From contig DATMDQ010000151.1 of the NCBI GenBank assembly GCA_035557715.1, positions 2,464 to 66,463 of the forward strand: a DNA stretch of 64,000 nt, given 5' to 3'. The stretch's first letter is position 1. Each line of letters begins with the position of its first letter. This document shows, in pieces, positions 30,323-42,320 of the stretch. Both the position numbers and the translations under genes were made by a program. This stretch comes from Gemmatimonadales bacterium. Lineage in GTDB: Bacteria > Gemmatimonadota > Gemmatimonadetes > Gemmatimonadales > GWC2-71-9. Below the pieces are notes generated by a model that was not told the DNA's origin, did not search any database, and saw nothing but the letters and a program-made list of their open reading frames with translations.

Positions 30323-32640
30323 TCGCCCTCATCCTGCTTGTGCTTCTGCACCTGGGGCCGCCTGAGCTCCATGTGTCGGTCGATCACGATAAGGTGGCGG
30401 TGGGGGACGAGCTGGTGTACACCGCCCGCGCGGTGAGCCAGTCCTCGGAGCCGATGCGTTTGACCTTGGCGCCCTTGAACGGGTTCGAGATCGTCTCCCG
30501 CAGCGAGCGGACCGAGGTCTCCCTTTCGGCCCGAGCGATCCGCACCACGATCCTTGAGATACGCCTCAGGGCATTGCGCCCGGGTCGCTGGCAGGTTGGC
30601 CCCGCGCGCGCCACCCAGGGACACGAGATGACGGAGGCGGCAGCCATTGTCGTCGAGGTCGAGCCGAGCCCCGCCGTGGCCGCCACGGCGCTCAACCCCA
30701 GGCTCCGAAGTTTGCTGGAGCGCACTCCCCCGCCGCCCCGAGGCAAAGCCGCCGTAGCCCTGGTGCTATCGGCCGACACGGTTCGGGTGGGCGAGCAGGT
30801 TGACGTCGTTACCGCGGCCTGGTTTCCGCGCGACCTGCGCATGCAGCTTCGCCGCCCGCCGACGCTGCAGCCGCCGGTGATCGACGGCGTGTGGAGCTAT
30901 CCCCAGGCGGCGCCGTCCGGCATTGCCGTCACCCGCAACATCGGCGGGGTCGCGTATGATCTGTTTGTCGCCCATCAGGTGGTCTTCCCTCTGGTGGCCG
31001 GAACCATCGCGGTGCCCCGCGCCATGTTGAAGTACAGTACGCCGCTAGCCCTCCAGTTCTTCAGCCAGGAGGAGCGCTTCGCGCTGACCAGCCTGCCCGA
31101 GACCCTGACCGTGCGACCGCTTCCGACCGAGGGCCGTCCGGCTGACTTCAACGGTGCGGTAGGCTCGGGACTGCGGGTCGAGCGCCGGGTCACGCCTCCT
31201 ACCGCTCACCCGGGCGAGGGCGTGGCTGTCGAGGTGATGCTGTCCGGGGCCGGGAACTCCGCGCTCTGGCCGCCTCCCGCGATCCGATGGCCTCGGACTG
31301 CCCGGGCTTACGCGGACCGGGTTGATGAACAGGTCGCCACGGTTGACGGCCAGGTTGGCGGTGTTAAGAGCTTCAGGTACCTGGTGGTGCCGGATTCAAT
31401 AGGTCCGCTCACCCTGCCGGCGCTCAGTTACTCCTATTACGACTTGGCCGCGGGGGCGTATCGCTCGGCCGGTACCGGGGCCGCCTCGCTGCCGGTGGCG
31501 AGGGGCGGTGAGTCAGCCAGCTCGGCGGCATTACCCCCTGCGCTCTTGCCGAGCGGGTCGCCGGCGTTCACCCGACGTGTGGCCCAGGCGATTCCGGATT
31601 GGGGGTGGGTGGCGCTTCTGTTGCTGCCTCCACTCGCCGTGTTTGGCCGCGGCTGGCGGCCCCGTCGTCGTCGGCGCGTCGTGCCGCCGGCCGCAGGGCT
31701 CCGCGGCGCGGAGGAGGTCCTCGATGCGGTCGTGCGGAGCCTGGTGCCGGACCCGGACCATCGCTCGCGAACCGGACTCGCTGCCGCGGTCCGGGCGGCG
31801 GGGGGTGATGCCGATACCGCATGGAGGCTGGCCGCGGCACGAGAGCATCTGCTGGCCCGGCGGTACGGTCCGGGCGAGATCTCCGAGGAGGACGCCGCTC
31901 TGGTCGCCGAAGTACAGGAATTGATGGACCGGCTCGGCGGCTCACTCCGAGGTTGGCGGGGCCGGAGCGTGGTTGCCGGACTGGTTCTCGGTTTGGTCGC
32001 GGGGAGCCTCGCGGCGCAGTCTCCTCCGCCGGAGCAGCTGTATGAGAGTGGCTCGCTTCGCGCGGCGGCAGAGGGGTTCGCGCGGAGGGCCGAGCTCGAG
32101 CCCACCGTCGCGGCTCACTGGTACGATCTCGGTGCCGCCCACTACCGGCTGGGCGCGACCGGTCACGCGGCCGCGGCCTGGCAGCGGGCCAGGCGGCTGG
32201 AGCCTCGCGAGCCCACCATCCGTCGCGCGCTTCGGCTCACACCGGCACCCGATGCCGCTTCCGCACGGTGGACCTGGTCTCCTCCGGTGACTCCCGATGA
32301 GCTCTTGCTCCTCGGGGGATTGGGGTGGCTGGCAGGCTGGATTGCATGGGTGTTGCGGCCGCGGCAGCGCGATCGCTGGGCCGTCCTGCTCGCATTCTCG
32401 GCCGCAACCACGGCCGCGGGTTTCGGTCTGCGCACCTGGTACCGGCGTCCGATCGGCATCGTACTCGATCAAACCACGCTTCGGCTCTCGCCTCACGGGC
32501 GCGCACCGGCGCTGGGACCGGTCGAGGCTGGAGGGGCGGTGCAGATTCTGAAAAGCGATCGAGGCTGGGTGCTGGTGCGCGTGGCGGGCTCCCGAGAAGG
32601 GTGGGTGGCCGCGGACGCCATCGCTACGATCGGGGGATAG
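30319..32640 (+). CDS. BatD fused to a BatE-like TPR/SH3 region
   Basis: Ig-like repeats, FNGAVG, GNSALW; then TM, WYDLGAAHY TPR and C-terminal SH3-like GWVLVR...EGWV. Confidence 0.75.
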   Translation: MIALILLVLLHLGPPELHVSVDHDKVAVGDELVYTARAVSQSSEPMRLTLAPLNGFEIVSRSERTEVSLSARAIRTTILEIRLRALRPGRWQVGPARATQGHEMTEAAAIVVEVEPSPAVAATALNPRLRSLLERTPPPPRGKAAVALVLSADTVRVGEQVDVVTAAWFPRDLRMQLRRPPTLQPPVIDGVWSYPQAAPSGIAVTRNIGGVAYDLFVAHQVVFPLVAGTIAVPRAMLKYSTPLALQFFSQEERFALTSLPETLTVRPLPTEGRPADFNGAVGSGLRVERRVTPPTAHPGEGVAVEVMLSGAGNSALWPPPAIRWPRTARAYADRVDEQVATVDGQVGGVKSFRYLVVPDSIGPLTLPALSYSYYDLAAGAYRSAGTGAASLPVARGGESASSAALPPALLPSGSPAFTRRVAQAIPDWGWVALLLLPPLAVFGRGWRPRRRRRVVPPAAGLRGAEEVLDAVVRSLVPDPDHRSRTGLAAAVRAAGGDADTAWRLAAAREHLLARRYGPGEISEEDAALVAEVQELMDRLGGSLRGWRGRSVVAGLVLGLVAGSLAAQSPPPEQLYESGSLRAAAEGFARRAELEPTVAAHWYDLGAAHYRLGATGHAAAAWQRARRLEPREPTIRRALRLTPAPDAASARWTWSPPVTPDELLLLGGLGWLAGWIAWVLRPRQRDRWAVLLAFSAATTAAGFGLRTWYRRPIGIVLDQTTLRLSPHGRAPALGPVEAGGAVQILKSDRGWVLVRVAGSREGWVAADAIATIGG

Positions 32641-32649
32641 ATTTCCCCG

Positions 32650-34351
<1,702 letters not shown>

Positions 34352-34365
<14 letters not shown>

Positions 34366-35275
34366 GGTGCCGGTGCTGGTCGGACCCACCGCCGTCGGCA
34401 AGACCGCTGTTGTGATGGCGCTCGCGGCGCATTGGCCTCTCGAAGTCATTTCAGCCGACTCCCGCCAGGTATACCGCCGCCTGGATATCGGTACCGCCAA
34501 GCCCAGCCGGAAGGAACGAGCCAGGGTTCCGCACCATGGGGTCGATCTGGTCGATCCCGGTGCGCGATACAGCGCCGGTCATTTTGCCCGGGATGGCGTG
34601 TGCTGGCTGGATGAGATCCGGAGCCGGGGCAAGCTGCCGGTGGTGGTCGGCGGCACCGGGCTCTACGTCCGGGCCCTGGCCGAGGGACTCTTTGCCGAGC
34701 CCGTGCTGGATGTCGCTCGGCGGCGATCACTCGATGCGTGGACCGCCCGGCTGGAGGCCATCGAGCTGCTTCGGTGGGCGGCGCGACTCGACCCCGGCTT
34801 CCGGGGTGGCGGCCGGCAGCGGGCGGCCCGGGCGATCGAAGTGGCCCTCCTGAGTGGGCGACCACTCTCCTACTGGCAGCAGGCGGCGAGCGCCCAGGGA
34901 TCACTGGACCCATGGTACATTGTTCTCACCGTGCCCCGGCCGGTGCTGCACCAGCGGATCGCCCGGCGAGCCGAGGAGATGGTGCGGCGAGGGCTGATCG
35001 AGGAGGTCGCGTCGGTGCTGACCGAGGGGCACGGGCCCAAGACCCCCGGTCTGGACGGGATCGGCATTCGGGAGGCCGTCGAGTATCTCCATGGCCTGCG
35101 ACCGCGTGAGTCCGTGGCCGGGGCGATCGCGGTAGGCACGCGGCAATATGCCAAACGGCAGGAGACCTGGTTTCGCCATCAGCTGGCAGGGCGAGTGATC
35201 ACGCTGGACGCTACCCGGCCTCCTGAGAAGCTGGCGGCGGAGATAGCTGCGTTGTGGGAGCGAGCTGAGAGCTAG
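34352..35275 (+). CDS. miaA: tRNA dimethylallyltransferase
   Basis: GPTAVGKT, DSRQVY, GGTGLY, YAKRQETWF. TTG 34352 follows GGAG; alternative GTG 34367. Confidence 0.92.
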
Positions 35276-35395
35276 GAGCTGGGAGCTAGAGTCAGGTCTA
35301 ACCGTGCCGGAGGGATGAGGTCATGATGCACAAAATATTTGGCGGTGAGCTCCGCGGCTTCAGACACCAAGCTCCCAGCTCCTAGCTCCCAGCTC
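35262..35395. repeat. Near-perfect 26-bp heptamer-array inverted repeat
   Basis: GAGCTGAGAGCTAGGAGCTGGGAGCT (35262-87) versus AGCTCCCAGCTCCTAGCTCCCAGCTC (35370-95): 25 of 26 positions complementary. Confidence 0.85.
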
Positions 35396-35398
35396 ACT

Positions 35399-36523
35399 AT
35401 GAAAATCGGCATCACCTGCTATCCCACCTACGGCGGCTCAGGCGCCGTGGCCACCGAGCTGGGACTCGAGCTCGCCCGCCGTGGCCACGAGGTGCACTTC
35501 ATCACCTACGACTCGCCTTTCCGGCTCCGGGGATACAGCGAGCGGGTCTTCTTCCATCAGGTCGAGACCCGGATGGGGCGCTATCCTCTCTTCGATCATT
35601 TCCCCTACACCCTGGCACTGGCCTCGAAGCAGCACGAAGTGGTGCTGCGTGAAGAGCTCGACCTCCTGCACGTGCATTACGCGATCCCCCACGCCACGAC
35701 GGCCTACCTGGCCCGCGAGATGCTGAAGGGCGAACGGTCGCTCCGGGTGATCACCACCCTGCACGGCACCGACATCACGTTGGTGGGGCAGGAGGCAAGC
35801 TTCTACGCCATCACCAAGTTTTCGATCGAGCGTTCCGACGGCGTCACCGCCGTCTCGAACTACCTCCGGGACGAGACCTATCGGGCCTTCGGCTGCGGAA
35901 GCTGTGATATCCGGGTGGTCCCCAACTTCGTCAATCTCAAGGAGTATCGTCCTGGCGATCCCGGATGTCGGGGAACAGTGGCGCCTGAGGATCATAAGGT
36001 GATTACCCACATCTCCAACTTCCGCGAGGTGAAGCGGGTGAAGGATGTGATACGGGTGTTCGCCCGGATCCGCCGAGCCATGCCAGCGACGCTGGTGATG
36101 ATCGGGGATGGACCCGAGCGGATGGACGCGGAGAACGAGGCCCGCGACCTCGCCGTGACCGACGATGTCCGCTTTCTCGGCCGGCTGGATTCCGTGGCCT
36201 CACTGCTTCAGGCCAGCGACCTCTTCATCCTGCCGTCACAGACCGAGTCATTCGGCCTGGCCGCGCTGGAGGCGATGGCCTGCGGATCGCCGGTGATCGC
36301 CAGCCGGGCCGGAGGGTTGCCCGAGGTGATTGACGACAGGGTCAACGGAATCCTCGAGCCGGTCGGCTCGGTGGAGGCGATGGGGCGCCTGGCAGTCGAG
36401 CTGCTGCGCGATCCCGAACGTCATGCTGCCATGCGGGCGGCGGCCATCGCCAAGGCAGAGCAGTTCTCGGCCGACCGGATCGTCCCGATGTACGAGGCGT
36501 ATTATCAGGAAGTGCTCGCTTGA
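35399..36523 (+). CDS. bshA: N-acetyl-alpha-D-glucosaminyl L-malate synthase (bacillithiol biosynthesis)
   Basis: [64 protein letters not shown]. Confidence 0.88.
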   Translation: MKIGITCYPTYGGSGAVATELGLELARRGHEVHFITYDSPFRLRGYSERVFFHQVETRMGRYPLFDHFPYTLALASKQHEVVLREELDLLHVHYAIPHATTAYLAREMLKGERSLRVITTLHGTDITLVGQEASFYAITKFSIERSDGVTAVSNYLRDETYRAFGCGSCDIRVVPNFVNLKEYRPGDPGCRGTVAPEDHKVITHISNFREVKRVKDVIRVFARIRRAMPATLVMIGDGPERMDAENEARDLAVTDDVRFLGRLDSVASLLQASDLFILPSQTESFGLAALEAMACGSPVIASRAGGLPEVIDDRVNGILEPVGSVEAMGRLAVELLRDPERHAAMRAAAIAKAEQFSADRIVPMYEAYYQEVLA

Positions 36524-36532
36524 GGCGGATCC

Positions 36533-37330
36533 GTGTCGCCTGAGCTCCTGCTGAAAGGCGCCATACTCGGTCTGGTGGAAGGGGCGACAGAGTTCATCCC
36601 GGTCTCGTCTACCGGGCATCTCATCGTGGTGAGCGATTGGCTCGGCCTGGTGGACGAGCGGGCCAAGACCTTCGACGTCTTCATTCAGTTGGGCGCCATC
36701 CTGGCAATTGTCTGGCTCTACCGAGCCCGGCTCCGGCGCACGGTAGCCGCGGCCCGGCAGGATCCCAGCAGCCGCCGATTTGTGCTCAACCTCATCATCG
36801 CGTTTCTCCCGGCCGCGATCGTTGGCTTTCTCTTCCACAGCTGGATCAAGGATCGGCTGTTCAATCCCACGGTGGTCGCCATGGCGCTCGTGGTCGGAGG
36901 AGTGCTCATCCTGCTCATCGAGCGGTTGGCGCCCGCCCCGAGAGTACGGGACGTGAGCGAGGTTCCGGGCCGAACCGCGCTCGGGATCGGCCTCGCCCAG
37001 GTGCTCTCGCTGATCCCAGGAGTGTCGCGGTCGGGCGCTACCATCATGGGGGGCTACAGCCTGGGCCTGTCACGGATCGCAGCCACCGAATTCTCCTTTT
37101 TCCTGGCGATTCCCGTCATGTTCGCCGCGACGCTGTACGATCTGCTGAAGAGCTGGTCAGTGCTTGCGATGAGTGACATCCCGCTGTTTGCCGTCGGTTT
37201 CATCGTCTCCTTCGTATCGGCGTTGGTCGTGGTCAAGGCGTTCTTGTCCTACGTGTCGGGGCACAGCTTCCGTGTTTTCGCATGGTACCGCATCGGATTC
37301 GGTGCGATCTTACTGTTGACCAGAGGCTAG
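36533..37330 (+). CDS. uppP: Undecaprenyl-diphosphatase
   Basis: VEGATEFIPVSSTGHL, IQLGAILA, PGVSRSGATI, EFSFFLAIP. Confidence 0.95.
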   Translation: MSPELLLKGAILGLVEGATEFIPVSSTGHLIVVSDWLGLVDERAKTFDVFIQLGAILAIVWLYRARLRRTVAAARQDPSSRRFVLNLIIAFLPAAIVGFLFHSWIKDRLFNPTVVAMALVVGGVLILLIERLAPAPRVRDVSEVPGRTALGIGLAQVLSLIPGVSRSGATIMGGYSLGLSRIAATEFSFFLAIPVMFAATLYDLLKSWSVLAMSDIPLFAVGFIVSFVSALVVVKAFLSYVSGHSFRVFAWYRIGFGAILLLTRG

Positions 37331-37441
37331 CCCATTGCTCGCCGTGTGGAGCTTGGTTAGCGAGCCCGGTGGGTGCTGCGAAGACACTGCGTTCTTTTGT
37401 CCAGAGGCGAGGCCCCACGCCGCCGCGACGAAGCTCCCAGC

Positions 37442-38173
37442 ATGGATGTGTTGCCGGTGATGCGACTGCACTACTACGACCGGGTCAGCTCTACGATGGA
37501 CGTCATCCATCAGCTCGCGGCGGACGGCGCCGTCCCGGGAACCGCGGTGATGGCCGGGGAGCAGCTCGAGGGACGAGGCTCGCGTGGACGGACATGGCAC
37601 TCGCCGGTTGGAGGCTTGTGGTTGAGCGTTCTGTTCCAGCCGCCAGTGGTAGAGGGGATCGAAGTAATCAGTCTCCGGGTAGGACTTGCGGTGGCCGAAG
37701 CCATCCAGGCCCGGGTGCCGAAGCCGGTGCAGCTCAAGTGGCCAAACGACCTCATCCTCGAGGGTCGGAAGCTTGGAGGGGTGCTGTGTGAGGCCCGCTG
37801 GCAGGGCGACGCACTTGGATGGGTGGCTGTTGGCGTCGGGATGAACGTCCGGAACAGCACTCCGGCCGAGCTCGGCAGCGTCGCCGTGTCGCTCTCTGAG
37901 CTGAATCCCGGAATCTCCCTGGAGGAGGTTGCCAATCCCATTCTTGCGGCTCTCCGGGCACTCGACCTCGGTACGGGCCGGCTCTCGCCAGCGGAGCTGG
38001 ATCGGTTCGCCCGCCGGGATTGGCTCCGAGGCCGCACCATCCGTGAGCCGGCCGAGGGAAGGGTGACCGGTGTGGGCGAGGATGGCGCGTTGCTGGTGCG
38101 AACCGCCTCGGGATCGGACGTGTCGCTGCGAAGCGGCACCGTAGAATTGGCCGCCGCCTCCCATAGCCGGTAA
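37442..38173 (+). CDS. birA: Biotin-[acetyl-CoA-carboxylase] ligase, apparently without the HTH domain
   Basis: SSTMD, QLEGRGSRGRTW, KWPNDL, KLGGVL, GVGMNV. Start uncertain (37442 or 37460). Confidence 0.85.
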   Translation: MDVLPVMRLHYYDRVSSTMDVIHQLAADGAVPGTAVMAGEQLEGRGSRGRTWHSPVGGLWLSVLFQPPVVEGIEVISLRVGLAVAEAIQARVPKPVQLKWPNDLILEGRKLGGVLCEARWQGDALGWVAVGVGMNVRNSTPAELGSVAVSLSELNPGISLEEVANPILAALRALDLGTGRLSPAELDRFARRDWLRGRTIREPAEGRVTGVGEDGALLVRTASGSDVSLRSGTVELAAASHSR

Positions 38174-38181
38174 CTTCGCTC

Positions 38182-38961
38182 ATGCTGCTGACCCTGGATA
38201 TCGGGAACACCGAGATCACCGTCGGCCTCTTCCGGGGTCGCGATCTGGACGCCCACTGGCGTCTGACTACCAATCCGGACCGAACCCCGGACGAGTGGAG
38301 TAGCGCGATCGGGGGCTTTCTGGTGCAGGCAGGCCACTCGCCTAACGAGGTTCGGGCCGTCTGCTTTGCCTCGGTGGCGCCGGCCACGACCCAGAGTGTC
38401 GTCGAGGGTGTAGCGCTATCTACCGGGTGCACCGGCGTGGCGGTGGATGCCCGGTCGCCACTGCCCGTTATCCTGGACGTGGACGAGCCGTTAACCGTTG
38501 GCGCCGACCGGATCGTGAACGTCCTTGCCGCTATCGACCTCTTTGCGGCCGACAGCCTCGTCGTCGACTTCGGCACGGCCACTACCTTCGACTGCGTTAC
38601 GGCCGACTCCCGGTTCATCGGCGGAGCGATCATGCCGGGCCTCCGTACCTCTGCTGACCAGCTCACCCGCCGTGCGGCCAAGCTGCCCGCCACCGAGCTC
38701 AAGGCTCCCAGCCGAGTGATCGGCCGCCGAACGGAGGAGTGCATCCAGGCCGGGGTTCTCTTTGGCGCCGCGGATGCGGTGGATGGAATGGTTCGCCGGA
38801 TCACCGCGGAATGGCCCGGCGGACGGAAGCCTCGGGTGGTCGCCACCGGTGGGCTCGCCGGCGTCATCGCGCCGCTGACCGCGGCCATCGAGCTGACCGA
38901 TCCCGATCTTACCCTGCGCGGGCTGCGCATCGCCGCCGGTCATCTCGGTCTCGAGTGGTGA
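38182..38961 (+). CDS. coaX: Type III pantothenate kinase
   Basis: DIGNT, VGADR, VDFGTATT, GGAIMPG, ATGG. Confidence 0.93.
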   Translation: MLLTLDIGNTEITVGLFRGRDLDAHWRLTTNPDRTPDEWSSAIGGFLVQAGHSPNEVRAVCFASVAPATTQSVVEGVALSTGCTGVAVDARSPLPVILDVDEPLTVGADRIVNVLAAIDLFAADSLVVDFGTATTFDCVTADSRFIGGAIMPGLRTSADQLTRRAAKLPATELKAPSRVIGRRTEECIQAGVLFGAADAVDGMVRRITAEWPGGRKPRVVATGGLAGVIAPLTAAIELTDPDLTLRGLRIAAGHLGLEW

Positions 38962-39872
38962 CATGGGTGCGCGGGGCAGGGTACCGCCTGCTCGGCTCCC
39001 GCTTCGACTATCTGCTCCATACCCGGCCGGCCGAGTGGCCGATCATGGCCGCGCATACCCTGGTTGGCTACATACTCGCGGTCGGTCTCGACGGCGCTCA
39101 GCGCGGGGAACGACTCGGGTCCGCGCTGCTCGGCCTCGGCCTCTGGGTCGTTTGTCTTAACGGCGGTACGCTGGCCTTCAACAGCGCGTTTGACCGCGAC
39201 GAAGGCGACATCGCCTATCTCCGGCAACCTCCACCGCCGCCCGCCCACCTGGCGAGTTTTGGCTTCTGCCTCATGGCGTTGGGCTTGCTCGGGGCATGGG
39301 GCCTCACCGCGGGGTACCTAGCCTCGTATTCTGTCTGCCTGGGACTTTCGGTACTGTACTCAGCGCCCCCGTTTCGCCTGAAGGCAGTGCCCGGAGCCGA
39401 CTGGGTGATCAACATGCTGGGCTTCGGAACGCTGACGCCGTATGCCGGCTGGGCCGCCACCGGCGTTCCGCTGGACCCGGCGCGTGGGTTGGTGTTGCTG
39501 GCCTTCTGCCCCCTGTTTGCGGCGCTCTATCCGCTAACCCAGATCTATCAGCTCGAGGAGGATCGTCGCCGCGGCGATCGAACACTTGCGCTGATGCTTG
39601 GGGTGCGGAGGAGCCTGTTCGTCTCCCTCGGCGCGGCCGCGGCGGCATTTGCCTTGCTTGCTCTGGCCGGCCTGCGAACAGGGTGGGGACCGCGAGACGT
39701 CGGTCGCTGGGCGGCACTTGCTGTGTGCGCATTGGTGTGGGGAATGCTCTTGACCTCCTGGCTTCGGCGATACCGCCGGATGAGAGAACGGGATCACCAG
39801 TGGGGGATGTACCAGGCGCTCGGCGCCTGGGCGCTCACCGATCTAGCCGTGGTGCTGGCCTGGGGTACCTGA
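38958..39872 (+). CDS. UbiA-family prenyltransferase
   Basis: GTG overlapping the coaX stop; NSAFDRDEGD, YSAPPFRLK, YQLEEDRRRGDRT; multiple TMs. Confidence 0.8.
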   Translation: MTWVRGAGYRLLGSRFDYLLHTRPAEWPIMAAHTLVGYILAVGLDGAQRGERLGSALLGLGLWVVCLNGGTLAFNSAFDRDEGDIAYLRQPPPPPAHLASFGFCLMALGLLGAWGLTAGYLASYSVCLGLSVLYSAPPFRLKAVPGADWVINMLGFGTLTPYAGWAATGVPLDPARGLVLLAFCPLFAALYPLTQIYQLEEDRRRGDRTLALMLGVRRSLFVSLGAAAAAFALLALAGLRTGWGPRDVGRWAALAVCALVWGMLLTSWLRRYRRMRERDHQWGMYQALGAWALTDLAVVLAWGT

Positions 39873-39940
39873 GCCGGGCCCTTGGCCCTCGAACCTGCGT
39901 TCCGGTATACTTGGGAATTCACATCCTCTCGGGAGATTGC

Positions 39941-40570
39941 ATGACTTCGACGGCAGAACTGAAAGGCGAGTACGATCTTACCAGAGTCCCGATGATCGTG
40001 CAGGGTGCCGTCAAACTGGGCCTGCTCGAGGGCATCCTGGTCTTATTGTTCTCGCTGGCCTTGCGGTTTCTCGGCGGGGTAGCGGAGCTGGTTGTCGGGG
40101 GCATCATTCTGCTCCTCGGTCTCGCCGCCGTCAGCATGCTGCCGGGACTCTGGACCAGGCCGCGGACCATCGAGGGGATTGCGGGCGCGGCGGGAATCGG
40201 TCTGGCAGCCGCGGGAGTTTTCCTCCTGGTGGATGTCGCGTTGCTGCAGAACATCGGCACCTACAGTCACCGCTGGTATGAGGTCGGGGGTGGGAGCAAC
40301 TGGTGGTACCACCCGGTGTGGTGGATGGTGGGCACGTTCATACCGTGGATGGGTGCCTGGATCCTCGCCAACCAGACCGTGAGGGAGGGCCGACCAGCGC
40401 CGCTCGCGGGCTTCCTGACAGCCGTGGGCGCCGCGGTCGTCCTGGCGGCAGGTGCCGTTCTGCTCGGGTTCCCGGGAGCACGCTGGACGTTGGCCACCTT
40501 CGGGGTCGCGTTCCTGCCGGGGCTCGCCCTGGCAACCGCTCTCTCGGCCATGGGGAAGCGTCACCCCTAA
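39941..40570 (+). CDS. Hypothetical integral membrane protein
   Basis: ATG after GGGAGA; five to six hydrophobic segments; GGGSNWWYHPVWW motif. Confidence 0.65.
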   Translation: MTSTAELKGEYDLTRVPMIVQGAVKLGLLEGILVLLFSLALRFLGGVAELVVGGIILLLGLAAVSMLPGLWTRPRTIEGIAGAAGIGLAAAGVFLLVDVALLQNIGTYSHRWYEVGGGSNWWYHPVWWMVGTFIPWMGAWILANQTVREGRPAPLAGFLTAVGAAVVLAAGAVLLGFPGARWTLATFGVAFLPGLALATALSAMGKRHP

Positions 40571-40573
40571 GCG

Positions 40574-40924
40574 ATGCGATGGGTCCGTCTTCTCTTTCGC
40601 ATCTTCGGGTGGCTGCTCACGCCGTTTCTGGCGTGGGCAGCTTCTTTTTTTGGGGCGGTGGCTGGTGCGCTGCTGGCCCTGAAGCTGGAGGATCCCGTTC
40701 GGGGAGTGATCGTTACCGCGGTGTGTGGAGGGCTGGCGGGTTTCGCCTGCCTTATTGGCTGGCTGCGTTTCCTCCGGCGCTCGCCCGAGATCCGTGAGGT
40801 GCTGGCGGTGACGGCGGACGGAACGCCCGACACCACGGATATCGTCGCGGCCATCGACGAAGCCACGACGCTTGACGAAGCCCCGCCGGAGCCGTCGCAT
40901 TCCGATCCCGCGGGTCGTACTTGA
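40574..40924 (+). CDS. Hypothetical membrane protein
   Basis: Two TM segments and an acidic tail; co-oriented within the operon. Confidence 0.6.
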   Translation: MRWVRLLFRIFGWLLTPFLAWAASFFGAVAGALLALKLEDPVRGVIVTAVCGGLAGFACLIGWLRFLRRSPEIREVLAVTADGTPDTTDIVAAIDEATTLDEAPPEPSHSDPAGRT

Positions 40925-41316
40925 CGCACAGCAGGCCCTGGCACCTTGCACTCGCCGCGCTTCTCGCCTGTGGAGGATCGAAGGCCGAAGCGCCCGCGGC
41001 CGCCGATACTGTCGCCGCTACTCTGCCCTCTGATTCCCTGGTGCTGACAAGCCCTGCGGGGATAGAGATCTGGTTCACGCTGGCGCGGGTATCGGCGGGT
41101 GCTGACGGCCAACGATGTGTGGAACGCGGGGTCGAGATTCGCCAGGGTGGCCGGCGGGTGCAGGTCCCTCTCTTGTATACCGGTTCCCCTCCGGTTCTCG
41201 TCAACGACTCGACTATGAGAGCCACGCTCTGGACTCACTGCGCTCCGGGAGACTCCTACCGGGTGGACCTCCGAAGCGGGCGACCGCTGCGGGAGCGCTC
41301 TGGAGCTGTGCCTTGA
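40921..41316 (+). CDS. Hypothetical lipoprotein
   Basis: Lipobox LLAC; RRVQVPLLYTG motif; two additional Cys. Confidence 0.6.
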   Translation: MTHSRPWHLALAALLACGGSKAEAPAAADTVAATLPSDSLVLTSPAGIEIWFTLARVSAGADGQRCVERGVEIRQGGRRVQVPLLYTGSPPVLVNDSTMRATLWTHCAPGDSYRVDLRSGRPLRERSGAVP

Positions 41317-42320
41317 TCGGCCGACAGACCGGTCGTTGCCGGGTTGCGGTGACGCTTGCGTTGGCGTTGGCTGCGTGGGGGCGAGCCCAGCATCTGCAAG
41401 CGCAGGAAGCCGAGGTCAACATCGGACGGCTCTTCGACTCGACCGAGTGGACGTCTTATCGGCTTGGAGTGACGCGCCCGCTCGGCGGCGTCTTCAGGGT
41501 ACAGCTGCACGGTGATGTCCTTCGGCGGGTGGGGGGATTGGGCACGCTCGCAGGCCTCGGGACCGATCTCACCGCGTTTCGCTCCGGTGGCCAGGGTCCC
41601 TATCTGGTAGCCGGCCTGAGTGGTGGGCTCGGCTCGGAGAGCTCCAACGATTTCTCCGATCTCTGGGGCTCGTGGTCAGCCGGCGTGGGATACGACCTGT
41701 TCCCGGTATCGTTCATGTCCATTGGGGCCGAAGGACGATGGCGGGGGGTCTCGCTCACCGGGGAGCAAGGGGTGGAGCTGGCTCTCGGGCTGGCCTTCCA
41801 CCGCGGTCGGGGCGCGTCTCCTCCAGAACGCGCGCGGCCGCCGGTTCCGGCGTCCGGAACACTGCTTCCGCCCGAGACCGTCACGAGCTCCTCGAGGTCC
41901 GCTGCCGGTCTACAGCGGAGGCCGGAGACGTTGGCCGATTCGATAATTGCAACTGCGACGGAAGTGATGGGGCGTCCCTATACGTACGGGGGCACCGGGA
42001 CCGATGGTGACGGGTTCGATTGTTCAGGCCTGATTCAGTATGCCTACCGGAAGCATGGCATCGCCCTGCCGCGCCGCAGCACGGACCAGGCGCGCGAGGG
42101 CAGGAAGATCGACCGGGAGCTGAAGCGACTTGCCCCCGCTGATATCCTGACCTTTTCCAACCGGGGCGGGCAGGTGACGCATGTGGGACTCTACCTCGGA
42201 GAGGGTCGCTTCATTCACAGCGCGACCCGGGGCGTCCAGGTGAGCACCTTGAGTGCGGAAGACCCCTACGGACGCTGGTGGTACAAGCGATGGGTAGGGG
42301 TCAGGCGCATCGTCCGCTAG
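41313..42320 (+). CDS. NlpC/P60 (C40) peptidase with N-terminal outer-membrane beta-barrel-like domain
   Basis: TTG overlapping the upstream stop; signal ...LQA-Q; amphipathic strands (AGVGYDLF, LALGLAF); FDCSGL, HVGLY, FIHS catalytic triad. Confidence 0.8.
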   Translation: MIGRQTGRCRVAVTLALALAAWGRAQHLQAQEAEVNIGRLFDSTEWTSYRLGVTRPLGGVFRVQLHGDVLRRVGGLGTLAGLGTDLTAFRSGGQGPYLVAGLSGGLGSESSNDFSDLWGSWSAGVGYDLFPVSFMSIGAEGRWRGVSLTGEQGVELALGLAFHRGRGASPPERARPPVPASGTLLPPETVTSSSRSAAGLQRRPETLADSIIATATEVMGRPYTYGGTGTDGDGFDCSGLIQYAYRKHGIALPRRSTDQAREGRKIDRELKRLAPADILTFSNRGGQVTHVGLYLGEGRFIHSATRGVQVSTLSAEDPYGRWWYKRWVGVRRIVR

